Origin: Armatimonadota bacterium
GTDB lineage: Bacteria; Armatimonadota; UBA5829; DTLH01
NCBI GenBank assembly: GCA_038207085.1
Contig: JBBRAE010000004.1
Location: 107,361 to 171,360 of the forward strand
DNA length: 64,000 nt
Direction: 5' to 3'
In this document: one piece after another, positions 8,118 to 18,653 of the stretch
Position numbering within the stretch: position 1 is the first letter of the stretch
How the letters are laid out: every line of letters begins with the position of its first letter
Notes under the pieces: generated by a model
What the model was told of the DNA's origin: nothing
What the model saw: the letters and a program-made list of their open reading frames with translations, nothing else
Databases searched by the model: none
Translations under genes and position numbers: made by a program

Positions 8118-9422
8118 GTGGCAAATCGTGTTGCGGGAATGGAGAGTCGTATGGCGTCATTGTGCGTGCTGGGATTAGGTTACATAGGGTTACCGGTGGC
8201 GGCACTGGCTGCTTCGTCCGGCATGGATGTCGTAGGTGTTGACATCGACCCAGGCATTGTTGACACTCTGTCCCAGGGGCTGATGCACATATCTGAGCCG
8301 GATTTGGGAACTCTGGTAGCTAGAGTAGTCTCAGAGCGGACGCTGCGGGTGCAGACAACTCATACTCAGTCGGATGTGTTCCTGATCGCTGTGCCGACTC
8401 CCGTAAACCATGACAAGACCGCAGACCTGAGCTTCGTCGAATCCGCCGTCAGATCGATTGTCCCCTATCTCCAAAAGGGGAACCTCGTGGTCGTTGAGTC
8501 GACTATCCCGCCGGGCACTACTGATGGCCTGATCTGCTCCATATTGCAGGAATGCGGCCTTCGGGTAGGGATTGATGTTTTTCTCGCATATTGTCCTGAA
8601 CGGGTGTTGCCGGGCAGGATCCTTGCTGAGTTGGTAGATAACGACCGGGTCGTCGGGGGAGTCAACGAAGAATCTTCCGTCATGGCACGCGATTTTTATG
8701 TGCGCTTCGTGCGAGGTACCGTGCATATTGATACGGCGATCACCGCTGAGATGGTGAAACTGGTTGAAAATGCCTACAGGGACGCGAATATCGCATTCGC
8801 AAACGAGCCTTCGCTACTTTGCGACCGACTGGTCACAAACGTGTGGAACGTGATTGACATTGCCAACCGCCATCCCCGCGTCAATATACTGAGTCCCGGA
8901 CCGGGCGTTGGAGGGCACTGCATCGCCGTTGATCCCTGGTTCCTCGTGGAAAAGGCTCCTGGTATAACTCCGCTGATCAGGACCGCCCGCCAGGTGAACG
9001 ACAGCATGCCGGAGCATGTGGTGCGGCGGGTCGAAGCTGTCGTGCCCAGCGGCGCGAAAGTGGCCTGCCTCGGGGTTTCATACAAGGCTAACGTGGGCGA
9101 CACTCGGGAGAGCCCTGCTATTGAGGTTGTGGAACTCCTGACCAAACGCGGTTACTCTGTATTGGCGGTGGACCCGCACGTGGCGGAGCATCGAGGTGTG
9201 AGTTTTGCCTCTCTTGAGGAAGCTTTGAACTGGGCCGAGTGCGTTGTCCTTCTTGTTGATCACCACGAGTTCAGGCTGGTCGATGCCGCTGCACTGGCTG
9301 CCAGGATTGGGGCGTCTCGGATCATCGATACCCGGGGCGTTTGGCTCCGCAGGCATCGTAGTGTCAGCGATTTGCCTTGGGAATCCGGCAGCGTGGCTTC
9401 CAAGGTCATCGTATCAGGTTAA
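8118..9422 (+). CDS. wecC: UDP-N-acetyl-D-mannosamine dehydrogenase (nucleotide-sugar dehydrogenase)
   Basis: GLGYIGLP, AYCPERVLPG, PGPGVGGHCIAVDPWFL, D.RESP motifs. Confidence 0.88.
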   Translation: MANRVAGMESRMASLCVLGLGYIGLPVAALAASSGMDVVGVDIDPGIVDTLSQGLMHISEPDLGTLVARVVSERTLRVQTTHTQSDVFLIAVPTPVNHDKTADLSFVESAVRSIVPYLQKGNLVVVESTIPPGTTDGLICSILQECGLRVGIDVFLAYCPERVLPGRILAELVDNDRVVGGVNEESSVMARDFYVRFVRGTVHIDTAITAEMVKLVENAYRDANIAFANEPSLLCDRLVTNVWNVIDIANRHPRVNILSPGPGVGGHCIAVDPWFLVEKAPGITPLIRTARQVNDSMPEHVVRRVEAVVPSGAKVACLGVSYKANVGDTRESPAIEVVELLTKRGYSVLAVDPHVAEHRGVSFASLEEALNWAECVVLLVDHHEFRLVDAAALAARIGASRIIDTRGVWLRRHRSVSDLPWESGSVASKVIVSG

Positions 9423-9501
9423 GCGTGAACCGCCGCTACACTTCGGATTACCTCTTAGTCGATGCGGTCAGTGTGGTCGTTTCGCAGTTCGGAAATACTC
9501 A

Positions 9502-10959
9502 ATGAGTCTTAAGAAGCAAGCTGTTTTGGGAGCAAAGTGGACCGGGTTGTCTATGGGGGTCATAGCTGCTCTCCAGTTTGGACAGGTTGCCGTGCTTGCT
9601 CGGTTCCTGTCACCCTCGGAATTTGGTTTGATGGGTATGCTGCAGGTTGTTGTAGGATTTGCCCAGTCGTTTGCGGATATGGGCATTACAAATGCGATTA
9701 TCCATAGGCAGTGTGCTACTCGTGAGGAACTCTCAAGTCTGTATTGGCTGAACGTTTTCGCGGGGTTCGCGACATTCGCATTGGTCGTGTTGTCGATTCC
9801 GCTGATCATTGCCATCTTTCATGAGCCTCGATTAAAGACGCTCGTGATGTGGGTTGCCTTGTCGTTTGTCACTACTCCGTTCGGACAGCAGTTCCAGACA
9901 CTTCTTCAAAAAGAACTACGGTTCCGTAGTCTAGCGATCACGGAGACCACTGGTGTAGCCCTTGGCGTGGTAGTATCGATCATTGCGGCGTTTCATCATG
10001 CCGGGGTCTATGCCCTGATCTGGGGTGTGCTTACCAACAACATCACCCAGTCGGCGATGCTTGTGGCAATAGGCTGGAGGGAATGGTCTCCGGCTCTGCA
10101 TTTCCGCCGGGATGATTTACGCGGATATCTAAGCTTTGGCGCGTACCAAATGGGTGAGCGCAGCCTGAACTATTTCAACCAGCGGTTCGACCAACTGCTG
10201 GTCGGTTCGTTCCTGGGAACTGAAGCACTAGGCTACTACAGTTTGGCCTACAATATTGTGATCCAGCCCGTAATCAGGATAAATCCGATACTGACCAGAG
10301 TGGCGTTTCCCGTCTTTGCCAGGGTCCAGGATAACACGGAAAGACTGCAGAAGGGCTATACCAAACTTATATCCATGCTTTCGTTGATCAATTTCCCGCT
10401 CTTGATCGGGCTTGCCGCTATTGCGCCGTCGTTTGTGCCCGTCGCTTTTGGCGATCATTGGACGAAGAGCGTGGTTCTAATCCAGATTCTAGCCTTTGTT
10501 GGGCTCGTGAGGTGCCAAATGAACCCCATAGGCGCTGCGCTATATGCCAGGGGACGAGCTGATTTGGGCTTCAAGTGGACGCTTTTCCAGACATTACTTC
10601 TGATCCCCTGCCTGTATCTCGGTGCGAAGTATTTTGGCGTTATAGGGATGAGCTTGGTACTGCTTGGCGTTCAGTGTTTGTTCGTGGTGCTCTCCTACCT
10701 TTGGCTTTTGCGTCCTGTGATCGGACCGTTTGCGGCGCGTTATTTTGGAGCATCCGCGCCGGCGCTTGGGGCGGGCGCGATTGCTGGAGTTCTTGTTTCC
10801 GGGGTTGTGCGGTTTGTGACAGGCGCGGGCGGTGGAGCTTTCTCGTCGCTTGTTGCTGGCATTGTTGTTGGCGTCGTATCATATATGTGCATTTGTCTGC
10901 TTTGCTTCAGGGAGCAGATACGTGAAATGTGGGAGATCGCCCGCGGAAGGATTGTGTGA
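9502..10959 (+). CDS. wzx: Wzx flippase (WzxC-like MOP family)
   Basis: MSLKKQAVLGAKW, ARFLSPSEFGL, D.GITNAII, ~12 TM; start set at ATG 9502. Confidence 0.9.
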   Translation: MSLKKQAVLGAKWTGLSMGVIAALQFGQVAVLARFLSPSEFGLMGMLQVVVGFAQSFADMGITNAIIHRQCATREELSSLYWLNVFAGFATFALVVLSIPLIIAIFHEPRLKTLVMWVALSFVTTPFGQQFQTLLQKELRFRSLAITETTGVALGVVVSIIAAFHHAGVYALIWGVLTNNITQSAMLVAIGWREWSPALHFRRDDLRGYLSFGAYQMGERSLNYFNQRFDQLLVGSFLGTEALGYYSLAYNIVIQPVIRINPILTRVAFPVFARVQDNTERLQKGYTKLISMLSLINFPLLIGLAAIAPSFVPVAFGDHWTKSVVLIQILAFVGLVRCQMNPIGAALYARGRADLGFKWTLFQTLLLIPCLYLGAKYFGVIGMSLVLLGVQCLFVVLSYLWLLRPVIGPFAARYFGASAPALGAGAIAGVLVSGVVRFVTGAGGGAFSSLVAGIVVGVVSYMCICLLCFREQIREMWEIARGRIV

Positions 10960-11008
10960 TTCCCTGCGATGAAATACACGATCGACGGCGCTATCCGCGC
11001 CGTCTCTT

Positions 11009-11167
11009 AAAGGTCTATCGCGGCGCGAGCGCCGCTGCCGACCCCGGTGGCGCAGGCGCCACTGCGACAGCAGCCAAAGGCTGCGAAAGGTCTATCGCGG
11101 CGCGAGCGCCGCTGCCGACCCCGGTGGCGCAGGCGCCACTGTGACAGCAGCCAAAGGCTGCGAAAGG
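11009..11167 (+). repeat. 77-bp tandem duplication of GC-rich mini-hairpins
   Basis: Units begin at 11009 and 11086 and differ at one base. Confidence 0.95.
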
Positions 11168-11199
11168 GCTGGCGCTATGCGCCACCGGAGGTTGTTCTG

Positions 11200-11427
11200 T
11201 TGCTCAAAGTAGTGTTTGCGGAAACTGTGGACTGGGATGCCAAGGTTCGGATCGGCAGTCATCATTATGCCAAGTGTTTTCTGGATGCGGAGCACGAGGT
11301 GTTGTGGGTTTCTCAGTGCATGCATCCTTTGAGTTTGGCAACCGGTGATTTGTCTCGAAGTGGCGCGACGGAAACCAAAATGGCACAAAGTGTTGTTTCG
11401 GAGGGGGTGAGCCAGCTCAGTGACTAA
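11200..11427 (+). pseudogene. Truncated glycosyltransferase N-terminal fragment
   Basis: GGAGG SD + TTG; VVFAETVDWD...GSHHYAKCFLDAEHEVLWVS resembles a GT-B N-terminus but stops after 75 aa. Confidence 0.55.
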
Positions 11428-12772
11428 CGTAGTTGACTCAGTTGCCTGCCATGGATTGTGCAGTGGTTGCGGGGTGTGTTCAGGTGTTTGTCCGCGCCAG
11501 TCACTTGAGATGATCATCCGCAAAAACGGCGACCCCAGTCCTCAGTTGTGTGGGCCGTGCGCGGACAAGTGCAGTGTATGCCTATCTGTATGTCCGTTTG
11601 CCAAGGAAGTCTATGATCCCAGGCCGACCAATGAAATGCTTTTTGGAAATGAAACCATACCTGAAGCCGTGTTCCAAGACAACCTGGGTTGGCATCTAGG
11701 GTCAGTGCTTGGATACTCTGCCGCTGGTGAACACAGATCATCCGCGGCTTCAGGCGGTCTTTTAACCTGGTGTCTGGAGAATCTCCTGAGTCAGGGAATG
11801 GTGGACAGGGTCTCCATCGTGCGTTTTCATAGGACGGAAAACTCTTTTTTTGAGTTCCAAGAGGCATCTTCCCCTGAAGATATACGTAGCGCCGCCGGAA
11901 GCGTCTATCAACCTGTTGAGATATCCTCGCTCATCAGGAGGATGCTCGCGGAGCCGAATCTTCGATGGGCAGTAGTGGGGGTGCCGTGCTTGTGCAGCGC
12001 AATCAGAGCATTACCTCAACTCCGAAACAGCGTGCGTTATCTGTTCGGGTTGGCGTGCGGTATGTATCAGAACGTGATGTATACTGAGATGCTTCTCTCA
12101 AAGGCGGGGGTTGCTGCAAATGAGGTCGCAGGCATCGGCTTTCGTGACAAGTCCACAGGTGGCAGGGCAAATAATTACGGATTTGCAGCTTGGGATGAAG
12201 CAGGATGTCGGAGTGTGCCGGTTCGGTATCAGGGACTTCCTTTCTTTCTAGGCAGCAATGGATACTTCAGGCTGGATGCGTGTAACTACTGCAAAGACGT
12301 GTTCGCCGAAAGCGCTGACGCCTGCTTTATGGACGCTTGGCTCCCGGAATGTGTTGCCGATTCAAGGGGAACATCACTTGTCGTTATCAGGAACAAGGAG
12401 GTACACAATCTTTTTGCCGCAGGCGTGGCATCCGAAGAGTTATGTCTGACAGGGGCTGGTGCTAACGATGTGGTGAACAGCCAGGCTAGCCAGGTGCGTC
12501 GTAAACAGGAGTTGATATATATGCGCTGCGCCGGAAGCAACCCCAGCAAGTGTCGGGAGTATAAAGTAACACTGCTGGAAAGGTGGCAATGGTGGCTGCA
12601 ACGGCGTACACTCAGGAGAAGCAAGGCGTCCTGGGCCAGATTTGGCCGCAAATCGGGTCGGGGCGCATTCTGGATTGCAGTTTTGGATCTGCTGGCGCTG
12701 CAGAAAGCCACAGGGCTGCTAATGCGGGCAGTTTCTGCCGCCAAGTCGCGCTTGGGGGGAGTAGGCAGATGA
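11420..12772 (+). CDS. Coenzyme F420 hydrogenase/dehydrogenase beta-subunit (FrhB) family Fe-S protein
   Basis: CSGCGVCSGVCP and CSVCLSVCP ferredoxin motifs; SAASGG, VVGVPC, ACNYCKD motifs. Confidence 0.88.
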   Translation: MTNVVDSVACHGLCSGCGVCSGVCPRQSLEMIIRKNGDPSPQLCGPCADKCSVCLSVCPFAKEVYDPRPTNEMLFGNETIPEAVFQDNLGWHLGSVLGYSAAGEHRSSAASGGLLTWCLENLLSQGMVDRVSIVRFHRTENSFFEFQEASSPEDIRSAAGSVYQPVEISSLIRRMLAEPNLRWAVVGVPCLCSAIRALPQLRNSVRYLFGLACGMYQNVMYTEMLLSKAGVAANEVAGIGFRDKSTGGRANNYGFAAWDEAGCRSVPVRYQGLPFFLGSNGYFRLDACNYCKDVFAESADACFMDAWLPECVADSRGTSLVVIRNKEVHNLFAAGVASEELCLTGAGANDVVNSQASQVRRKQELIYMRCAGSNPSKCREYKVTLLERWQWWLQRRTLRRSKASWARFGRKSGRGAFWIAVLDLLALQKATGLLMRAVSAAKSRLGGVGR

Positions 12773-14028
12773 TCGCTGATGTGGCTTGTAAGACCTGCGA
12801 CAGTAACAGACCGTCATTCGTTCTTTATGGCATCTACGGGGTCTATAACTATGGCTGTGAAGCTATGGTTAGGGGCACTGAGTCCATATTGAGGCAAGTG
12901 TGGCCGGATGCTGAGATTCGGTATGCCTCGATGAGTCCTGAGGACGACCGGAGGCGACTACACGACACGCAGGTCAAGGTCATTGCGAGCCGCCCCTACA
13001 GAAAGTTCTCTTTGCGCAATGTGCTTCGCAAGGCAAGCGAAACTCTGCCGTGGGACGCATTGCTAAGAGCATCGGGGTTTAGATTTGTTGATGGGGCCGA
13101 TATCGCGATGTCAATTGGTGGCGATCTATATACGCTTCTTCCAGATGGATCATATAACAAGAATATCCTGCGGTTTGGAGATTATGCCGTGCGCCGGGGC
13201 AAGCCTGTTGTCCTTTGGGGAGCCTCCGTAGGACCTTTTGATCAAGATTCCAAGATAGAGCGGCTTTTTGCCGAGCACCTGAAGCTAATGAGCCTGATTA
13301 CCTCTCGGGAGCCGGCATCGACAGCGTATTTGAGTTCTATCGGTGTCGAGGACAACGTTGTAGAATGTGCAGACCCGGCTTTCGTTGTACGATCAGATGT
13401 CACGTGGGTACCCCGTGGGGATGGAAAGCTCAGGATAGGTATGAACTTCAGTCCGCTTGCCACCCGTTCTGCCGGTGAGCAGGCTAATACAGAGGTGATT
13501 GCGGGGCGATTTGCCGACACGATTTCTGCTATCATTAGGGAACTGGACGCGGAAGTGGTGCTTTTGCCTCACGTTGTCAACAGTCTTGACGAATCCGATG
13601 ATGACCTTCGATTCCTGAAATCAGTTGCCAGACTGGTGCGGCCTGAAGTCTCTGGAAGGCTATCAGTAGTGGATGATGATCCGGGGTTTCTGGGTGTTAA
13701 GAAGGTCATTACCCAGTGTGATCTTGTAGTAGCTGCCCGTATGCACTGTGCCGTAAATGCTATGGCGGCAGGCGTTCCCACAATTTTGGTTTCCTACAGC
13801 CAGAAATCGGTAGGGATGGCACAGTACGTTTATGGACATACGCGCTGGGTGGTTCCGGTTCAAGATGTTTGTGCCAACACTCTGCTGCCAAAGATAACGG
13901 ACATGCTCTCGCAGCGGGAGGATTTGGCCCGCCATTTCGCCTGCCGACTTCCGGAAATACAGGCAGATGCCAGGCGGCCGGTAGAAGCCCTGGCTCGTCT
14001 CTTGCCTCTGTTGTGCTGCGGAAATTGA
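12769..14028 (+). CDS. Polysaccharide pyruvyl transferase family protein
   Basis: NYGCEA, SIGGD, ITSRE, ADPAF, ARMH, YSQK motifs; ATGA overlap with upstream gene. Confidence 0.9.
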   Translation: MIADVACKTCDSNRPSFVLYGIYGVYNYGCEAMVRGTESILRQVWPDAEIRYASMSPEDDRRRLHDTQVKVIASRPYRKFSLRNVLRKASETLPWDALLRASGFRFVDGADIAMSIGGDLYTLLPDGSYNKNILRFGDYAVRRGKPVVLWGASVGPFDQDSKIERLFAEHLKLMSLITSREPASTAYLSSIGVEDNVVECADPAFVVRSDVTWVPRGDGKLRIGMNFSPLATRSAGEQANTEVIAGRFADTISAIIRELDAEVVLLPHVVNSLDESDDDLRFLKSVARLVRPEVSGRLSVVDDDPGFLGVKKVITQCDLVVAARMHCAVNAMAAGVPTILVSYSQKSVGMAQYVYGHTRWVVPVQDVCANTLLPKITDMLSQREDLARHFACRLPEIQADARRPVEALARLLPLLCCGN

Positions 14029-14032
14029 TTTT

Positions 14033-15136
14033 GTGAATGACTATATAATGCAGAGAATAAATATACTGTACATCATGCACGTGGACTGGGATTGGATCAA
14101 GCAGCGGCCGCACTTCCTCGCCGAGCAGCTTTCGGCGCGGTTTTCGGTCACGGTGGTCTACCCGTTCTCACGTGGCCGCTCACGCCTGACGCGAACCCCA
14201 CGGGCGGGGCTTCGCATGCGCCCCGTGGTTGGCATCCCGTTCAAATACGTCTTTCCCGCGCTTTATCGCCTGAACAGGCTCTATCAGCGGGCATACATCG
14301 GGTTGCTGATTCGACTGATTCGGCCTGACGTGATCTGGCTCACTCACCCGTTTTGCGCGGACCTGGTCCCCTCCAAGCTCGCTTGCCACTTGGTCTACGA
14401 CTGTATGGACGACGCACAGGCGCTAACCGTGGGGCGTCCTTTCGCAAAGAAGTGCGCACTGTCGCTCGAGCGCAGTCTGATTAAGCGCTCAGACCTCGTC
14501 TTTGTGTCGAGCGCGCACCTCGCCGATGTGCTTGACGAGCGTGAGCTGTGTCGGGAGAAGACCATCCTCCTGCGAAACGCCTATGACGGCAAGTTGCATC
14601 AGCCTGAGTCGCACGCGGGTGCTGGCGGCCGCCCCTATCGCATCGGCTACATCGGCACGATCGCCTCATGGATGGACTTTGACTCGATTCTCCACGCCCT
14701 CGAAAACGTTCCCGATATTGAGTTTGTGTTCTTTGGCCCCAAGGACGCTGATCTTGTCACGCCGCATCATGAGCGGCTGAAGTTTGCCGGTCCCGTCCCT
14801 CATTCGCAGCTTCATGAGGCCGTGCGCGACATCGACTGCCTTATCATGCCGTTTAAGGTAAACGACGTCGTACTTTCGGTCGACCCCGTGAAGCTCTACG
14901 AGTATATCAATTTTAACAAGCCGATAATCTCCGTGCTCTACGACGAAGTAGTGCGTTTCTCACCGTTTGTGAGCTTCTACTCGGACCAAAGTGGACTTGC
15001 AAGCGCAATAAACGAGCTGAAAGCCTCGGGTTTTCGGCCCAAGTACGGCCCCGTCGAGCGCGAGCAATTCCTTCAGGAGAACACCTGGGACGTGCGCGGC
15101 AGGGTTGTTGCTGAGTCTCTGGAGCGGCTGATTTGA
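14033..15136 (+). CDS. Glycosyltransferase (GT-B)
   Basis: DWDWIKQRPH, LVYDCMDD, VDPVKLYEY motifs. Confidence 0.88.
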   Translation: MNDYIMQRINILYIMHVDWDWIKQRPHFLAEQLSARFSVTVVYPFSRGRSRLTRTPRAGLRMRPVVGIPFKYVFPALYRLNRLYQRAYIGLLIRLIRPDVIWLTHPFCADLVPSKLACHLVYDCMDDAQALTVGRPFAKKCALSLERSLIKRSDLVFVSSAHLADVLDERELCREKTILLRNAYDGKLHQPESHAGAGGRPYRIGYIGTIASWMDFDSILHALENVPDIEFVFFGPKDADLVTPHHERLKFAGPVPHSQLHEAVRDIDCLIMPFKVNDVVLSVDPVKLYEYINFNKPIISVLYDEVVRFSPFVSFYSDQSGLASAINELKASGFRPKYGPVEREQFLQENTWDVRGRVVAESLERLI

Positions 15137-16173
15137 GCCGAGTTTGCGTAATAGTTCTTAACTGGAACGGCTGGCGCGACACCATCGAGTGCCTGGAAAG
15201 CCTCTTTAGAAGCGACTACACCGACTTTCGCGTGGTCGTCTGCGACAACGGCTCCGACGACGGCTCGGTCGAGCGTATCAGGGAATGGGCCGTGGGCCAC
15301 TATTGCCTGGAAGCCGATGAGGAGAACCCCCTGAAGTCGCTTTCGAGCCCCCCTGTCACAAAGCCGATCCCCTGTGTTGTTTATGACCGAAGTCTGGCTG
15401 AGCAGGGTGGGGACCATTCATGGGAAGCGAAGCTCGTTGTTATCCGAAACGACGAGAACCTCGGCTACGCCGGAGGGAACAATGTGGGCCTCCGCTACGC
15501 GCTTTCCCGAGGAGACTTCGACTTCTTCTGGATACTTAACAACGACACCGTGGTCTCCCCCGATGCGCTTTCCCGCCTTCTTGAGCGCACTGAGCACGAC
15601 TCGGCTGTAGGCATCTGTGGCGCTACTCTGCTATACTATCATCAGCCAGAGGTGGTGCAGGCCCGGGCGGGCGCAATCTACAACAAGTGGCTTGGCACAA
15701 CTCGCCACATCGGGGCCTTCAAGAAGGCTTGTGAGCGAGTCGACCCGGCCAAGGTCGAACGGCGAATAAGCTATGTAGTCGGCGCGTGCATGTTTGTTTC
15801 CCGTGCGTTCCTGCAGGAAGTCGGCCTGCTCTCTGAAGAATATTTTCTCTACTACGAAGAGATCGACTGGGTCGCCCGCGCGCGCGGACGCTTCCGGCTT
15901 GCCTGGTCGCCCGAGAGCCGAGTCTACCACAAGGAAGGCGGCGCAACTGGGGCAGGAAACCACTCTATTTGGAAGAAAAGCCTCTCGTCTGACAGGTATA
16001 TGATCGAAAACCGGGTCAAGGTAACCCGAAAACACTGGCCTTACGCCCTGCCGACGGTCTATTGGGGACTTGTCTGGACCGCCGTCAACCGAATTCGCCG
16101 CAAGCAGTGGGACCGGCTCGGGATAGTCCTGAGTGCAATGCTGAGCGCTGGCCGCGTCCGGGACAAACATTAG
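15133..16173 (+). CDS. Glycosyltransferase family 2 (possible rhamnosyltransferase)
   Basis: IVLNWNG, DNGSDD, NLGYAGGNN, ILNND, YFLYYEEIDW motifs. Confidence 0.92.
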   Translation: MSRVCVIVLNWNGWRDTIECLESLFRSDYTDFRVVVCDNGSDDGSVERIREWAVGHYCLEADEENPLKSLSSPPVTKPIPCVVYDRSLAEQGGDHSWEAKLVVIRNDENLGYAGGNNVGLRYALSRGDFDFFWILNNDTVVSPDALSRLLERTEHDSAVGICGATLLYYHQPEVVQARAGAIYNKWLGTTRHIGAFKKACERVDPAKVERRISYVVGACMFVSRAFLQEVGLLSEEYFLYYEEIDWVARARGRFRLAWSPESRVYHKEGGATGAGNHSIWKKSLSSDRYMIENRVKVTRKHWPYALPTVYWGLVWTAVNRIRRKQWDRLGIVLSAMLSAGRVRDKH

Positions 16174-16193
16174 CCAAAGTTCACATAGAAGAT

Positions 16194-17504
16194 ATGGTTG
16201 AATTAAACACAGTTCTCCGAAAAGCGCGTATGCCGCTGATATACAGGCAGATATTCTGGATATTTGTCGTGTACTCGGTGCTCGGCAATCTTCCAAGATT
16301 TGGCAGCATTTCTATGTTCGGGGGACTGCCTATAACTGAGGTGCTCTTGTACGCCTCGGCTGTTGCGGTGCTCTTTATATGCCGCGTGCCGATACCTAGA
16401 TATCTCTTGGCCATTTGTGCGCTTTTTATCGCATCGTGGGTTATGGGCAGCATCCTAAACAACGATGTTGGAATTATGGTGCACATTAGCGCCCTGATGT
16501 ATGCGCTTAGAATATTGTGCATGGTCATCTGCGGCGCGTGCATTGGATGGCTGTTTTGGAAGTGGTCGGATGGAGACGGCATCGGCAGGCTCTATACCCG
16601 CATAGCTGTTGTTCAGGTTGCGATTGCCGTTGTCATATACATCGCCTTCCCCTCGTCTGAGGTGTTGTGGCTTGCTCTTGCGCGCTACGGCATCACATTC
16701 AAGGGAGACCCGCACATACGACGGCTTATCGGTCCTCACCTGGACCCTAATCTCTTTGGCAACATTCTGCTTTTGCCAATTTCCATTCTTATTGCAGCAG
16801 CACTTACGGGCAAGGGCAAGAAGTGCTACTTGTCGCTCGCGATCCTGCTTATTGCCGAGGTTCTGACATACTCCAGGACCAGTCTTCTTGGTATTGCGAT
16901 GGTAGGCTGCTTCATTCCCACGTATCTGATAGCCCGCAGGTGGGGCAAAATCGATGTGATTCAGGCCCGCCTTGCAGTTCTTGCGATGGCTCTGGTTGTG
17001 CTCTTTGGGATTAGTGCTATCGCTGTTCCGGATGTAGTTGAGCGGCTTATAGGCAGGGTTACTTCCACTCCGACAGATGCATCTGCTTTACACCGTCTCA
17101 ACAGCCTGGATTCAGGCGTCGCCTTCCTCGATCTTGGGACAAACTGCTGGACGGGAGTAGGCTACAACTATATTTTTTACCATACCGAAAAAGAGCAAAT
17201 ACACGTTGCAGGAGCCTTTGACCAGTCAATAATGAACTTGTTCATCAGCATGGGGCTGCCACTTTCCGTTGTGGTGATCCTGCTTGTGATTATCTGGACG
17301 TCGCGCTCACTCGGCGGCTTGGTCGAGCGTGAGCCTTACTTATATGCCGCAGTCGCCAGTTATCTTCTCGCGAGTTTTGTGCTGAGTTTCTTCAACAATC
17401 TGCTGTTTTATGCTCCGTTTGTCGTGTCACTGCTTCCAGTTATGTGCTACGGCTACTACAGCGCAGGCGAAGCTCGTGCTGTGGTAGAGGAGGCTGAAGA
17501 GTGA
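16194..17504 (+). CDS. O-antigen polymerase/ligase family (Wzy-like)
   Basis: ~11 TM helices, RLIGPHLDPN, LTYSRT, SALHR, GVGYN motifs. Confidence 0.75.
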   Translation: MVELNTVLRKARMPLIYRQIFWIFVVYSVLGNLPRFGSISMFGGLPITEVLLYASAVAVLFICRVPIPRYLLAICALFIASWVMGSILNNDVGIMVHISALMYALRILCMVICGACIGWLFWKWSDGDGIGRLYTRIAVVQVAIAVVIYIAFPSSEVLWLALARYGITFKGDPHIRRLIGPHLDPNLFGNILLLPISILIAAALTGKGKKCYLSLAILLIAEVLTYSRTSLLGIAMVGCFIPTYLIARRWGKIDVIQARLAVLAMALVVLFGISAIAVPDVVERLIGRVTSTPTDASALHRLNSLDSGVAFLDLGTNCWTGVGYNYIFYHTEKEQIHVAGAFDQSIMNLFISMGLPLSVVVILLVIIWTSRSLGGLVEREPYLYAAVASYLLASFVLSFFNNLLFYAPFVVSLLPVMCYGYYSAGEARAVVEEAEE

Positions 17505-18589
17505 AAGTTGCAATGGACACCCGAATGCTCTGTGCGCGCCCGACCGGCATCGGCAGGGTCGCCGAAAGCCTCGCGCGGGCGCTTGTAGAGATCGGTGAGT
17601 GGCAAGTATCAGTGTTCGGCGGTAACCCGCAGATTCCCTGCGTCACCTGCGAGCCCGTTCCGTTCGGCCACTTTTCCCTGAAGACCCACACCGTGCTTCC
17701 GGGGATCATCGCCCGAACCGGCGCAGACATCGCCCACTTCCAGTTCTATTCGGCCCCTTGGAGCGCGAAAACGCCCTTTGTAGTGACGATTCACGACACG
17801 ATCTACTCGCACTTTCCCAATATCCTGCCGCCCATCGAGCGCGTTGCTTACCGTGCCCTGATGGCGCGGGTGATGAATCGTGCGAGCGCGGTGATCTGCC
17901 CCTCGGCCTGCACCCTCGCCGACATCCGCCGCTTCTTTCCCAGTATAGACGCAAGTAAGCTCAGAGTCGTCTACAACGGCGTCGATGGGCGTTTCATGCC
18001 GCTGGCCTCGGGTCTGGATCACGACCGCGCAAGGGCCGAGCTAGGCCTGCCGAAGCGCTACGTCCTGTATGTCGGGAACCACCGTCCGCACAAAAACGTT
18101 CCGGCGCTTGTCACAGCTTTTGCCCGTGTCGCCCGTGAGACGCCTCACACTCTTGTCATGAGCACGCCTTCGGGCAAAGGCTCCGAGGCGACTCTTTCCG
18201 CGATCGAGCAGTCCGGTATCGGTGACCGCATCGCTTTCCACGATATACCCGACCAGTCACTTCCGCTGATCTACGCGCTCGCGGACGCGTTCGTCTTTCC
18301 CTCGCTCTACGAGGGCTTCGGTCTTCCGCCGCTTGAGGCGATGGCCTGTGGCGCGCCGACGATAGTGTCGGCTACGTCGTCGCTCCCCGAGGTTGTCGGC
18401 GACGGAGCGCTTCTGTTTGACCCCGATGACCACGACGCCCTCGCAGCAAAGCTCATCTCCGTGCTAACCGACTCCGAGTTTGCCCTATCGCTTCATGAAC
18501 GTGGGGTAGGCCGGGCAGCTGAGTTTGACTGGAAGCACTCGGCTATGCAGACATCGGCAATCTACAATGAGGCGCTTGGGAAGGAATAG
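17501..18589 (+). CDS. Glycosyltransferase family 4
   Basis: [29 protein letters not shown] motifs. Confidence 0.93.
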   Translation: MKVAMDTRMLCARPTGIGRVAESLARALVEIGEWQVSVFGGNPQIPCVTCEPVPFGHFSLKTHTVLPGIIARTGADIAHFQFYSAPWSAKTPFVVTIHDTIYSHFPNILPPIERVAYRALMARVMNRASAVICPSACTLADIRRFFPSIDASKLRVVYNGVDGRFMPLASGLDHDRARAELGLPKRYVLYVGNHRPHKNVPALVTAFARVARETPHTLVMSTPSGKGSEATLSAIEQSGIGDRIAFHDIPDQSLPLIYALADAFVFPSLYEGFGLPPLEAMACGAPTIVSATSSLPEVVGDGALLFDPDDHDALAAKLISVLTDSEFALSLHERGVGRAAEFDWKHSAMQTSAIYNEALGKE

Positions 18590-18653
18590 TGAGGCGGCCT
18601 GGCTAAGTAGCTCTAGGTGGCCTGCCTGCCGCCTTACAACTGACACGGAGGTT

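Noticed and set aside
9244..9501. Long N-terminal extensions in the ORF track (also at 12583, 16062, 18525, 30595, 36909, 51736)
   Set aside because: They overlap upstream genes or UTRs; downstream starts with SD or family-typical N-termini fit better
11009..11167. Possible mini-CRISPR, or the 126-aa ORF 11047-11427 as a full gene
   Set aside because: It is an almost exact tandem duplication, and the N-terminal half of the ORF is translated repeat
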